Below the pieces are notes generated by a model that saw only the letters and a list, made by a program, of their open reading frames with translations, made no database searches and had not been told where the DNA came from. Below are positions 20,435-29,713 of a stretch of DNA of 64,000 bases, piece by piece. The DNA is from an uncultured bacterium (GTDB lineage Bacteria > Krumholzibacteriota > Krumholzibacteriia > WVZY01): the NCBI GenBank assembly GCA_965372355.1, contig CBDVBZ010000001.1:54422-118421 (forward strand), given 5' to 3'. Positions within the stretch are counted from its first letter, which is position 1. Each line of letters starts with the position of its first letter. Both the position numbers and the translations under genes were made by a program.

Positions 20435-21413
20435 GGGATCGAGGATCACCGGCACCGGGCATTATTGCCCGGAACGTGTGCTCACCAACCTCGATCTCGA
20501 AAAGATGGTCGAGACCACGGATGAGTGGATCGTCACGCGGACGGGTATTCGCGAGCGGAGGATCGCTCGCGAAGATCAAGCCTGTTCCGATCTTGCGTTC
20601 GAGGCCGCAAAAAAGGCGTTGGACAGTGCCGGTGTCGATGCTGCCGATCTCGATGGCATCATCCTCGGTACTGTTTCCGGAGACATGGTGTTTCCCGCCA
20701 CTTCCTGTTTGATACAGGACCGTTTGGGAGCTAGCAATGCGGTTGCCTTCGACGTGTCGGCTGCGTGCAGCGGGTTCGTCTACGCCGTGTCGATCGCGCA
20801 CTCGTTCATTACCTGCAGCCAGATGGATCGGGTTTTGGTCGTCGGGGTGGATCTGCTGAGCAAAATCGTGGACTGGCAAGACCGGGCCACTTGCGTGCTG
20901 TTTGGAGACGGGGCCGGGGCGGCCGTCATGGAACCGTGTGAAGCAGGCCAGGGGATTCTGGGTACCTACATGAAGAGCGATGGTGCCCTTGCTGAACTTC
21001 TGCACATACCGTCGGGTGGCACAAGAGATCCCGCCTCACCGGAAACGTGTGAGCGTAGGGGACACTATATAAAGATGAAGGGCGACGGTGTGTTCAAGCA
21101 TGCGGTCCGCGCGATGGAGGATGCGATTAGACAGGTCCTGGAGCGCGCCGGCCTGTCCCTGGCCGACGTCGATGTCATGATCCCGCACCAGGCGAATGCC
21201 CGTATCGTCGACGCGGTACATCGTCGTCTCGGTATTGACGAGAACAAGGTGATTGTGAATCTTGACCGTTATGGCAACACGTCGTCCGGGACGATCCCGA
21301 TAGCCCTGGATGAGGTTGTGCGGGAGGGCAGGGTCAAAGAGGGGGACGTCGTGCTCATGGTTGCGTTTGGTGGGGGACTCACCTGGGGTTCGGTACTCAT
21401 GCGCCACACATAA
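20412..21413 (+). CDS. fabH: 3-oxoacyl-ACP synthase III.
   Basis: TGTGHYCPERVLTN; catalytic Cys AACSGFVYA, His PHQANARI, Asn GNTSSGT. GTG start overlapping the plsX end (alternative TTG at 20418). Confidence 0.9.
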   Translation: MALPKSLRGSRITGTGHYCPERVLTNLDLEKMVETTDEWIVTRTGIRERRIAREDQACSDLAFEAAKKALDSAGVDAADLDGIILGTVSGDMVFPATSCLIQDRLGASNAVAFDVSAACSGFVYAVSIAHSFITCSQMDRVLVVGVDLLSKIVDWQDRATCVLFGDGAGAAVMEPCEAGQGILGTYMKSDGALAELLHIPSGGTRDPASPETCERRGHYIKMKGDGVFKHAVRAMEDAIRQVLERAGLSLADVDVMIPHQANARIVDAVHRRLGIDENKVIVNLDRYGNTSSGTIPIALDEVVREGRVKEGDVVLMVAFGGGLTWGSVLMRHT

Positions 21414-21461
21414 GTCGGGGTGCTTGACCGGCCGCTGCTGCAGACGGCGCTTCGCGGCGGC

Positions 21462-21617
21462 GGGAGCAAATGAACGAAAGGTATGCGCCGCAGCAGAGCG
21501 GCGACACGGTGGCGGGAGCAAATGAACGAAAGGTATGCGCCGCAGCAGAGCGGCGACACGGCGACGGGAGCAAATGAGCGAAAGGTATGCGCCGCAGCAG
21601 AGCGGCAACACGGCGGT
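21462..21617. repeat. Perfect-phase tandem direct repeat, 3 copies x 52 bp (GGGAGCAAATGAACGAAAGGTATGCGCCGCAGCAGAGCGGCGACACGGTGGC; about 94-96% identical), inside the 261-bp fabH-fabD spacer.
   Basis: Copies start at 21462, 21514 and 21566. Each contains a small hairpin CGCCGC-agcaga-GCGGCG. Period 52 is not a multiple of 3 and stop codons occur in all frames. Confidence 0.85.
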
Positions 21618-21674
21618 GGGTTCCGACGCAGTTGGGCGCGGTGACCCCGGTTGAGTCCTGGGAGAAACGATTCA

Positions 21675-22604
21675 ATGAACTGCGCAATGTTGTTTCCGGG
21701 TCAGGCATCGCAGTATGTCGGCATGGGAAAGGACTACTATGACACGTTCGCCGAGGTCCGCGACTTGTACAAGTCGGCGAATCGTGTGCTGGGGTTCGAT
21801 ATTGCTCAGCTTTCTTTCGAGGGTGATCTCGACGAGTTGACGAAGACCCTCAACGCGCAACCCGCGATCCTGCTCCACAGCATGGCGGTGCTCGACGTTT
21901 TGACATCCAGGGGATTTCGACCGAAGGTCGTTGCCGGGCACAGCCTCGGCGAGTTTTCGGCGCTCGTGGCGGCCGGGGTCTTTCGCCCGATGGACGCTCT
22001 CCTCATCGTTCGCCGGAGAGGGGAATTGATGTACGAGGCGGGTCTCGAGCAACCCGGTACGATGGCGGCGATCATCGGCCTCGAGGCCGGGGCGGTCGAG
22101 GCGGTCGCGGATGAGGCGTCGGCGTCGGGAATCGTGGTGGTTGCTAACTACAACTCACCAAACCAGTTCGCCGTGTCTGGCGAGGTTGCGGCGGTTGAGC
22201 GGGCGATCGAGGTGGCAAAAGAGGCGGGGGCCAAGCGGGCGCTCAAGCTCCAGGTGAGTGGCGCGTTTCACTCGCCCCTGATGCAGAAGACGGAAAAGCT
22301 GCTGACCCGCTACATGGATAAATTCGACCGTGGGCCGATGAGGGTGCCCTGGATTGCCAATGTCACCGGCGAGGCGGTGCAGTCCGGTGCTCAGATCATC
22401 GACCTCCTGTCGCGCCAGCTCTCGTCGCCGGTCCAGTGGATCCGGAGCATGCAGACGCTGGTTGGGATTCACGACAAACCGATCGTCGAGGTGGGGCCGG
22501 GCAAGGTGTTGACCGGACTAATGAAACGCATCGTCCCCGGGGCGAGTGCCGAGCCGTTGTCGGATGTGGAATCCCTGGAGAGCGCCGCTGCCCGCATCGA
22601 ATAA
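21675..22604 (+). CDS. fabD: Malonyl-CoA:ACP transacylase.
   Basis: MNCAMLFPGQASQYVGMG..., active-site GHSLGEFSAL. Confidence 0.9.
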   Translation: MNCAMLFPGQASQYVGMGKDYYDTFAEVRDLYKSANRVLGFDIAQLSFEGDLDELTKTLNAQPAILLHSMAVLDVLTSRGFRPKVVAGHSLGEFSALVAAGVFRPMDALLIVRRRGELMYEAGLEQPGTMAAIIGLEAGAVEAVADEASASGIVVVANYNSPNQFAVSGEVAAVERAIEVAKEAGAKRALKLQVSGAFHSPLMQKTEKLLTRYMDKFDRGPMRVPWIANVTGEAVQSGAQIIDLLSRQLSSPVQWIRSMQTLVGIHDKPIVEVGPGKVLTGLMKRIVPGASAEPLSDVESLESAAARIE

Positions 22605-22659
22605 TTATCCTTGATCAATAATCTCTTTCTGGTATGAATGGTCAACCGGGTTAATGTTT

Positions 22660-23403
22660 ATGGATTTTGCGGGCCGAATAGGTGTGGTTACAGGCGCATC
22701 TCGGGGTATTGGCAGGGAGATCGCGCTGCAGCTTGCCCGGCTCGGGGCGGATGTGGCCCTGGCCAGCCGCAAACAGGAGGATGTCGACCGGACGGCGGTG
22801 GAACTCGAGGCGCTGGGAGTCAGGGCTCGGGCGTACGCGTGCGATGTCTCAGTTTATGAGGAGACGGACGCCCTGGCCAAGGGTGTTGTGGAGGATCTCG
22901 GGACGCCCGATTTTCTCATCAACAACGCCGGTATCGTGATCGACAAGCTGCTGCTGAGAATGAAGCCAGAAGATTGGGACAAAGTTATATCGACCAATCT
23001 GACCGGTGCGTACAATGTGACGAAGGTCTTCGCGCCGCATTTCCTCAGAAAACGGCAGGGGAGAATCGTCAACATCAGTTCCGTCATCGGACTCACCGGC
23101 AACGCGGGACAGGCGAACTATGCGGCGAGCAAGGCCGGTATCATCGGTTTGACCAAATCGCTCGCCCAGGAGTTTGCCGGCCGCGGTGTTACGGTCAATG
23201 CGGTGGCGCCCGGGTATGTTGCGACAACCATGACTGATGGGCTCGATGAGCAGACCAAGGCCAAGTTGCTGGCAATGATACCTATGGGTCGTTTTGGAAA
23301 GGTTGAAGACGTCGCGAATGTTGTGATGTTTTTGCTCTCGAGCATGGCCGACTACGTGACCGGCCAGGTGATCAACTGCGACGGTGGAATGGTAATGCGT
23401 TGA
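22660..23403 (+). CDS. fabG: 3-oxoacyl-ACP reductase.
   Basis: SDR fold VVTGASRGIGREIA, catalytic YAASKAG. Confidence 0.9.
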   Translation: MDFAGRIGVVTGASRGIGREIALQLARLGADVALASRKQEDVDRTAVELEALGVRARAYACDVSVYEETDALAKGVVEDLGTPDFLINNAGIVIDKLLLRMKPEDWDKVISTNLTGAYNVTKVFAPHFLRKRQGRIVNISSVIGLTGNAGQANYAASKAGIIGLTKSLAQEFAGRGVTVNAVAPGYVATTMTDGLDEQTKAKLLAMIPMGRFGKVEDVANVVMFLLSSMADYVTGQVINCDGGMVMR

Positions 23404-23438
23404 TAGTCGTATCCGTTTGATTTGGAGGTGACCAACGG

Positions 23439-23678
23439 ATGTCAAGTATCGAGGAAAAAGTAAAGAAAATAATCGAAGAGAAGCTATCGGTCAACGCCGA
23501 TCAGATCACGCTCGAGGCCAAGTTCGCCGAGGATCTCAAGGCGGACTCGCTCGACACGGTCGAGCTTGTTATGGCGCTCGAGGATGAGTTTGGGCTCGAT
23601 ATACCTGACGAAGATGCCGACAAGATCAAGACCGTGCAGGACGCGATCGAGTACATCGGTAGCAAGACGGCCTCATAG
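23439..23678 (+). CDS. acpP: Acyl carrier protein.
   Basis: 79 aa, phosphopantetheine-attachment [20 protein letters not shown]. Confidence 0.95.
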   Translation: MSSIEEKVKKIIEEKLSVNADQITLEAKFAEDLKADSLDTVELVMALEDEFGLDIPDEDADKIKTVQDAIEYIGSKTAS

Positions 23679-23711
23679 CACCCTCTTTTTTAGGAGTACA
23701 GAGGATCGTCC

Positions 23712-24965
23712 ATGGGTTCGAAACGGGACAGACGAGTCGTTATCACCGGGATGGGATGTATTACCTCAGCCGGTTTGACCACGGAAGAAACGTGGGAAAG
23801 CCTGCTGGCGGCGAAGCCCACGGTATCCCGTATCGAGAGTTTTGACGCGACGCAGCACCGGACGAGGATCGCTGCGGAGATCAAGAACTTCGATCCCACG
23901 CGGTGGATGGAGGCGAGGGATGCCCGTCGCACTGATCGGACCGTACAGTTGATGTCTGCGGCCACGAGACAATGTCTGGAAGCGGTCTCTGTCGATGACA
24001 TCGACAAGGACCGAACAGGTGTCGTCATCGGCTCGGGAATCGGTGGATTGACAACTCTGGAGCGACAGCACACGATCCTTCTCGAACGGGGTCCGCGCAA
24101 GGTCAGTCCATTTTTTATTCCCATGATAATCGCGGACATGTCGGCCGGCCATCTATCGATCGTGCACGGGTTCAAGGGGCCAAACTATGGACTGGTCTCA
24201 GCATGCGCATCGGCGGGTAACGCGATTGCGGACTCCTATCTTTTGATCAAAGCGGGTCTCGCGGACTCGATGCTAACTGGCGGCACCGAATCGTGTATTA
24301 CGTCGGTGGCGCTGGCGGGCTTCGGTGCGATGAAGGCGCTGTCCAGGAGGAATGACGAGCCGGAACGGGCGTCGAGACCCTTCGACTTCGAGCGAGACGG
24401 TTTTGTCATGGGGGAGGGTGCGGGCGCTCTCTTTCTCGAAGATCTGGAACACGCGGAGAAGCGGGGCGCGAACATCTTTGCAGAGGTGATCGGAATCGGA
24501 TTGACCGGTGATGCCCACCATATGACGTCACCTGCGCCCAACGGCGAGGGTGCCGTTCGAGCGATGAAGATGGCCATCATGGATGCCGGGATCGATCCGG
24601 CGGAGGTGGATTACATCAACGCGCACGGGACGAGCACACAGCTCAACGACGCATCCGAGACAGCAGCAATCAAGAAAGTGTTCGGGGACGCCACGCGTGG
24701 GATGGGCATAAGCTCGACGAAGTCCATGATCGGGCATTTGCTGGGAGCCGCCGCCGCGGTGGAGCTGATCTTCTGCGCGCTTGCGATTCGTGACAAGAAG
24801 ATCCCACCGACGATCAACTATGAGAACCCGGACCCCCAATGTGACCTCGATTACGTGCCGAACGAGTCCCGGGACTGTGACGTCAATATCGCGTTGTCCA
24901 ACGCCTTTGGCTTCGGAGGTCACAACTGCACGCTTATTGTAAAGCGCTACGAAGAACCACACTAA
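23712..24965 (+). CDS. fabF: 3-oxoacyl-ACP synthase II.
   Basis: KAS Cys GLVSACASAGNA, His INAHGTSTQLND, GHLLGAAAAVE. Confidence 0.95.
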   Translation: MGSKRDRRVVITGMGCITSAGLTTEETWESLLAAKPTVSRIESFDATQHRTRIAAEIKNFDPTRWMEARDARRTDRTVQLMSAATRQCLEAVSVDDIDKDRTGVVIGSGIGGLTTLERQHTILLERGPRKVSPFFIPMIIADMSAGHLSIVHGFKGPNYGLVSACASAGNAIADSYLLIKAGLADSMLTGGTESCITSVALAGFGAMKALSRRNDEPERASRPFDFERDGFVMGEGAGALFLEDLEHAEKRGANIFAEVIGIGLTGDAHHMTSPAPNGEGAVRAMKMAIMDAGIDPAEVDYINAHGTSTQLNDASETAAIKKVFGDATRGMGISSTKSMIGHLLGAAAAVELIFCALAIRDKKIPPTINYENPDPQCDLDYVPNESRDCDVNIALSNAFGFGGHNCTLIVKRYEEPH

Positions 24966-24975
24966 CGACGAGCTT

Positions 24976-25767
24976 ATGAGAAAGCCAGCCTTCCTATACA
25001 GGTTGCAGACCCTCTTATCCCCGCCACCCCGATTGCCCCGCGAAAGCGGATCCCTTGAAGAACTTCAATCGGCGATCGGTTACATCTTTCGGGACCAGGG
25101 GCTCCTCATCCGCGCGCTGCGTCACCGGTCGTACGCGATGAATGACAAGGAACAACTCACTGCCGAGTCCTCGAACGAGAGGCTCGAGTTTCTCGGCGAT
25201 GCGGTCCTATCCCTCGTTGTCAACCACCATCTGTATCGAACGTTCCCGCAAAGGAGAGAGGGTGCGCTCACAAAGATGAAGTCCGTGATCGTGAGCAAGC
25301 CGATACTCTCTCACTATGCGAAGCGCAACCGCGTTGGATCCTTTGTGTTGCTCAGCGAGAACGCACAGAAGTCGAGGGTCGGCGAAGCAGAGAGCGTTCT
25401 TGCCGATACGCTGGAGGCCATTTTTGGCGCGGTGTTCCTCGACGGTGGCTTCGAGGCGGCCAGCGCTTGTATCAGGAGATTGTTGCTTGCCGATATCGAA
25501 GACGTGTTCGACAACGAGGACAACGTCAACTACAAGAGTCTTCTCCAGGAGTATATACAGGCCCTGCACAAGGTGCCACCGCGGTACGTCGTACGTGCAA
25601 CCTCCGGCCCGCAGCACGATAAGGAGTTCGCCGTCGAAGTCCTGGTGCACGGCAAGGCGCTGGCGTCCGGTGCAGGCAAGACGAAGAAGCATGCGGAACA
25701 AGAGGCCGCAAAAGAGGCCTATAAGAAACTCCTCAATACCGACGCCATAGGCAACGAGCACGTGTAG
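24976..25767 (+). CDS. rnc: Ribonuclease III.
   Basis: RNase III signature ERLEFLGDAVLSLVV, C-terminal dsRBD; about 35-aa N-terminal extension relative to typical Rnc, so start uncertain. Confidence 0.85.
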   Translation: MRKPAFLYRLQTLLSPPPRLPRESGSLEELQSAIGYIFRDQGLLIRALRHRSYAMNDKEQLTAESSNERLEFLGDAVLSLVVNHHLYRTFPQRREGALTKMKSVIVSKPILSHYAKRNRVGSFVLLSENAQKSRVGEAESVLADTLEAIFGAVFLDGGFEAASACIRRLLLADIEDVFDNEDNVNYKSLLQEYIQALHKVPPRYVVRATSGPQHDKEFAVEVLVHGKALASGAGKTKKHAEQEAAKEAYKKLLNTDAIGNEHV

Positions 25768-25795
25768 GGTCGGCCGAGGCACGTTTCCTGCATCT

Positions 25796-26296
25796 ATGGC
25801 CTTTATGGGCCGTCCAGAGATCCAAGTACCTGAATTTCCGTTCGTATACGGGGGGGACGCCGAGTTCCTCTGCCGGGAGTGCCAGCTTCCGTGTCAACTC
25901 GATAAGACCAGCGTCGACTGTGTCCGGCGTTTCTTCCTGCAGGGCTTCATTCAGTGTACCTATTTCGTTCGTGGCTACTGCTTTCTCGTGGAGGAGAAGG
26001 GTTGCGTGTTCGACAACGGCGGAAAGCACGACCGCTACTGGATGAATCTTCTCAAGCAGTACTTCCACAACGTCCAGGACGTCGAATCGAGGGATCCCGA
26101 CTTCATCAAACGCGTCGAGGAACTCAAGTGGCTGATCAACGAGCAAATCGAGAACCGGCAGGTCTCACTGTGCCGGTACCTCGAGGAAATCTACAACCAG
26201 ATAATGGAATCGGGCGGTGGGTTGTGTGAGGAAATGATGGACGCGCTCGACGAAGGCTATATCGCCCTTCTGGCGGGAACCACCCGCAAAGACTAG
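25796..26296 (+). CDS. Hypothetical cysteine-rich protein (9 Cys; CRECQLPCQLDKTSVDC and C-x7-C clusters), no recognised family.
   Basis: 166-aa ORF in the same orientation directly after rnc; codon usage consistent with neighbours; no signal peptide. Confidence 0.45.
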   Translation: MAFMGRPEIQVPEFPFVYGGDAEFLCRECQLPCQLDKTSVDCVRRFFLQGFIQCTYFVRGYCFLVEEKGCVFDNGGKHDRYWMNLLKQYFHNVQDVESRDPDFIKRVEELKWLINEQIENRQVSLCRYLEEIYNQIMESGGGLCEEMMDALDEGYIALLAGTTRKD

Positions 26297-26313
26297 AAAC
26301 GACCACACCAGCA

Positions 26314-27681
26314 CTAGATTCGGAACGAAACCCCGAAAACGACGCGGTACATTTCGCGTTGGTCGGTCATGGTCGGGATGGTGCGCTTCCCATACAGGTA
26401 CTCCGCTGAGCCGTCGAGCGAAAGAGCGTCGGCGATTCTGAGTCCGATGCCACCTGTGATCGAATGGGGCTCGGAGTTTACGAACGCCGGTGTGATCTGC
26501 GTGCCCTCGATACGATCCGCCTGGAGAAACTCGAGAGGATACGGCGTGTACGCGTAGCCGCCGCGCAAAGAGAGTGCGCCGAGCATCAACTCTGCTCCCG
26601 CCCGGAAGTTGACGACATCTCTGAATATCGCTCGCAGGTTCTCATCTTTGACGACGCGGCCGTTGACCTCCGTCTCGGCCCAATTCCAGTACTCGGCCTC
26701 CAGACTGAGCAGAAAGCGTTTCGAAACAAAACTGATACCGCCCTCGGCATAAAAGGGGAGTTTGTAGTCGGTATCAATGGCGAAAGCGCCCGTGAAAAAC
26801 GAGTCGGGGGGCGAGCTGAAATACAGCGCGTCATCCTGGACGGCGTCGCCACGAAGATTGATCGCCGTCGGCGTACCCAGAGCAAGCCCGACGGTCAGGT
26901 ACTTCGCGGTCTGGTAGGTGATGCCGAAGACGGCGCCGATGCCGTTGACATCGACGCGTGCGTCGTCCACGAGAGTCTCTCTCTCGAGATCGCGCGGCGT
27001 GGGTGGTGGTGGCGGTACAAACTCATACGTGAACTGGGTTAGCGCGTTGACACGTCCATACAGGAAAAACAGGTTGGCGCCCACCGACAGCCTGGGTGAC
27101 ACGTCCCACGCACCCCCGAAGTTATAGCTGTAGATCGAACCGCTTTGCTGGAGCAGATAGTCATCGTCTGTCGCCGTGTCGGAGTTGAAGCCCCTGTTCA
27201 GGATGTCGATATCGCCGGAGTAGGTGCGGTACACCCCGGCGGCCAGAACGAGGCGGCCTCGAACCGTCGGTACGGGAAAGGCGAAAACGAGGTTGTCGAG
27301 CTTTGTGGCCGACGGCTGGGTTTCGCCCGGTGTACCATAGAACGTGTTCTTCAGAGCCCATTCCTGCCGCCCAAACCCCAGATGGAATTCGGGTTTGGCG
27401 ACGCCCACGAGCCCCGCCGGGTTGTAGAACAACGCGTGGGCGTCAACGCCCAGGCCGGCATACGCCCCGGCAAGTGCCGTGGGGCGAGCGCCTGCGGTCA
27501 GCCGCTGGGTAAAGCCCAGATCCTCGATCGTAACCGTGTCATTGATGTCCTGGGAACGCGCCACCGAGGGCGCGAGAAGGGCGGCAATGACGCATCCGTA
27601 TCGGACCCAGCGGGTCACTCCGCGTCCGGTCTTGTGCGGCCGGCCGGGGCTTGACGGTGTGGTTCTTGCATGGTTATTCAT
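26314..27681 (-). CDS. Outer-membrane beta-barrel protein, FadL/TodX/PorV-like transport-protein family (tentative).
   Basis: Signal peptide RWVRYGCVIAALLAPSVARSQ; family-like N-terminal motif TAGARPTALAGAYAGLGVDAHALFYNPAGL; C-terminal barrel strand ending ...VVFGVSFRI (terminal aromatic-x-hydrophobic). Start at MNNHAR. Confidence 0.55.
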   Translation of the reverse strand: MNNHARTTPSSPGRPHKTGRGVTRWVRYGCVIAALLAPSVARSQDINDTVTIEDLGFTQRLTAGARPTALAGAYAGLGVDAHALFYNPAGLVGVAKPEFHLGFGRQEWALKNTFYGTPGETQPSATKLDNLVFAFPVPTVRGRLVLAAGVYRTYSGDIDILNRGFNSDTATDDDYLLQQSGSIYSYNFGGAWDVSPRLSVGANLFFLYGRVNALTQFTYEFVPPPPPTPRDLERETLVDDARVDVNGIGAVFGITYQTAKYLTVGLALGTPTAINLRGDAVQDDALYFSSPPDSFFTGAFAIDTDYKLPFYAEGGISFVSKRFLLSLEAEYWNWAETEVNGRVVKDENLRAIFRDVVNFRAGAELMLGALSLRGGYAYTPYPLEFLQADRIEGTQITPAFVNSEPHSITGGIGLRIADALSLDGSAEYLYGKRTIPTMTDQREMYRVVFGVSFRI

Positions 27682-27872
27682 CGGCTTACGCTTTCCGGTA
27701 TCGAGTGAACCGACTGTGACGGGGATCGCAACTCCACACGGATCAGTTGTTGACCAAACGGTCCATTCTGCGTTAGTTGGAGTTGGGGCAAGCACAGTCT
27801 AAGGGGGAGGTGCTGTCGGGCTCGCCTACGGAATACACGAGAGTCGCTGTCCGATCCGGACGATAACGTCCT

Positions 27873-27901
27873 TTGCTTACAAAGATATATCATAATATAC
27901 T
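27873..27901 (+). promoter_or_regulatory. Sigma-70-like promoter TTGCTT-N17-TATACT for the TPR/lipoprotein operon.
   Basis: Read directly; followed by a GGAGGA RBS and ATG at 27965. Argues against the 27905 start of the tracked ORF. Confidence 0.4.
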
Positions 27902-27964
27902 GGAATGAAAGCAGAATCTATCACGCGGGTTGCCCCGTATTGGGGCACCGCAGGGTTGGAGGAT

Positions 27965-29713
27965 ATGCAGTTATCGAATAGACATTTGTTGCGCAGGTTG
28001 CCACATCTGATTGTCCTGGCCGCGGCCATTATGGTCGCCGCGGGGGTCTGTCTTGCGCAGACCGTTGGAGAGCCGGATGACCGGACGGGCGACGACAACG
28101 CGCTATCGGCGTACACGATGGGGGTGTTTCTGCTGGAGAGCGGGCAGCCTCGTAAGGCCGTTCCGCATCTCGAGAAGGCGTGGCGGGCCAGCCGCGAAGA
28201 GGGGATCGGCAACAAGCTTTGTGAGGCTTACTTCCGGACCGGCGATCTGAAATCATGCGAAGAGATCATCGACGCGTTGCTCGAAATGAACGAGCGCAAC
28301 GATGTCGCGCTTCTTCTCAGGGTGAGAATCAACTATTTCCAGGGTCGAGAAGAGAAGGCGCTGGAAGATCTGCAGCTGCTGCGAAGCTCTTCCGACCCTT
28401 CGTTCGAGGTCGAGCGTCTCATGGCCCGCATCCAGTTGGAACTCGGCCGCTATGAAGAAGCGCTCGTGTCGTACGAGAAGGCGGCTCGCCTCGACCCCAG
28501 CTATCCGGTCATCCACTACCGACTCGGTATCCTCTTGCGACGGTTCGATCGCATGGAGGAAGCGGAGAAGGCGTTCAGAACTGCCATAGAGCTACAGCCG
28601 CTCTTCTCCGAAGCTGTGATGGAACTGGCAGAATTGCTGGTGGCGGACGAGCGGTATGACGATGCCGAGACGGCGCTTCGCGCGCTGATCGATGAGGGCG
28701 ATGATTCCTACAACTCGTTGATGGTGCTGGTGAACATGTACGCCGACCGGGGCGAGTTTGAGGAGGCCACCCAACTCCTCGAGAATCGAAAGCAAAGCGG
28801 TCGGTTGCCGCGAGAGGGAGTTCTCCTGCTCGGAAGGCTCTATTACGAGAACGAGGATTTTGATTCCGCTCTGCGGTTGTTCAAGCCCATGTTCAGGCAG
28901 GACTCCCGCACACCGGAACTCGCACGAATCCTTGGCGAACTGTCGCTCAGAGCGGGGCAGACGGATGAGGCGCTTGGCTACTATCGAGACGCCATTGAAC
29001 TCGATCCCGATGATTACCGCAACCATATCGCCCTTTTCTTCGCCTCCTCGGATCGTTTCAACGACGACGGCGTGGATTTGATCCCCCTAACGGACGGCGA
29101 AAAAGCGGAGATCCTCGAGAACGCCGCAGCGGTTGTGAAAGCGGACGACTTCGATGGTCTTTACCTTCTCGGTGCTTGTTACGAAAGCGTGGATCGATAC
29201 GAACCCGCCCGACGGTTCTTTGCTCGTGCCGTCGAGGTCCGACCCGATAATGAGCGGGCTCTTCTCAATCTTGCAGGCGCGCTGGAGCGTCTGGGACGTT
29301 ACGATGAGGCGGAGCCTTTACTGGTCGGGTTGCACGAGCGCAAACCAGAGGATCCGAGAATCTGCAACTTCTACGGATACCTGCTCGCGTTGATGAACAC
29401 GAGACTCGATGAAGCCGAGCAACTCGTTAGAACCGCCTTGAAAAACGATCCAGAGAACGGATACTATGTGGACAGCCTCGGTTGGGTGTATTTCATGCGG
29501 GGCGAGTACGAGAAGGCGGTTGTCGAGCTGGAGAGGGCGTCTCGTCTTGTCGGGGACGATCCCGTCGTCTTGGAACACCTTGGTGACGCCTACCGGTCAC
29601 TCGAGCGTTTCAGAGATGCGCTTGCCGCCTACGAGAGATCCCGGAATCTCCAGGGAGAGAACACAGAAATCCTCGACAAGATCGATGCCGCACGTGATCA
29701 GCTCGGTAACTGA
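27965..29713 (+). CDS. Tetratricopeptide-repeat protein with N-terminal signal/anchor.
   Basis: Hydrophobic N-terminus LIVLAAAIMVAAGVCLAQ, then multiple 34-residue TPR-like repeats (A/L/Y/E-rich with conserved spacing) through the C-terminus. Confidence 0.7.
   Translation: MQLSNRHLLRRLPHLIVLAAAIMVAAGVCLAQTVGEPDDRTGDDNALSAYTMGVFLLESGQPRKAVPHLEKAWRASREEGIGNKLCEAYFRTGDLKSCEEIIDALLEMNERNDVALLLRVRINYFQGREEKALEDLQLLRSSSDPSFEVERLMARIQLELGRYEEALVSYEKAARLDPSYPVIHYRLGILLRRFDRMEEAEKAFRTAIELQPLFSEAVMELAELLVADERYDDAETALRALIDEGDDSYNSLMVLVNMYADRGEFEEATQLLENRKQSGRLPREGVLLLGRLYYENEDFDSALRLFKPMFRQDSRTPELARILGELSLRAGQTDEALGYYRDAIELDPDDYRNHIALFFASSDRFNDDGVDLIPLTDGEKAEILENAAAVVKADDFDGLYLLGACYESVDRYEPARRFFARAVEVRPDNERALLNLAGALERLGRYDEAEPLLVGLHERKPEDPRICNFYGYLLALMNTRLDEAEQLVRTALKNDPENGYYVDSLGWVYFMRGEYEKAVVELERASRLVGDDPVVLEHLGDAYRSLERFRDALAAYERSRNLQGENTEILDKIDAARDQLGN

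Noticed and set aside
21462-21617. Possibility that the 52-bp direct repeats are a CRISPR array
   Set aside because: Repeats are directly abutting with no unique spacers, and no cas genes are nearby.
21036-21708. Several - strand and + strand ORFs encoding internally repetitive peptides (e.g. RVAALLRRIPFVHLLPP repeated)
   Set aside because: They are translations of the 52-bp tandem repeat and of fabH antisense. The repeat period is not a multiple of 3 and all frames contain stops within the repeat block.
27905-27964. Tracked start of the 602-aa TPR ORF at 27905
   Set aside because: A TTGCTT-N17-TATACT promoter ends at 27901, so a start 4 nt later is implausible. ATG at 27965 has a GGAGGA RBS.
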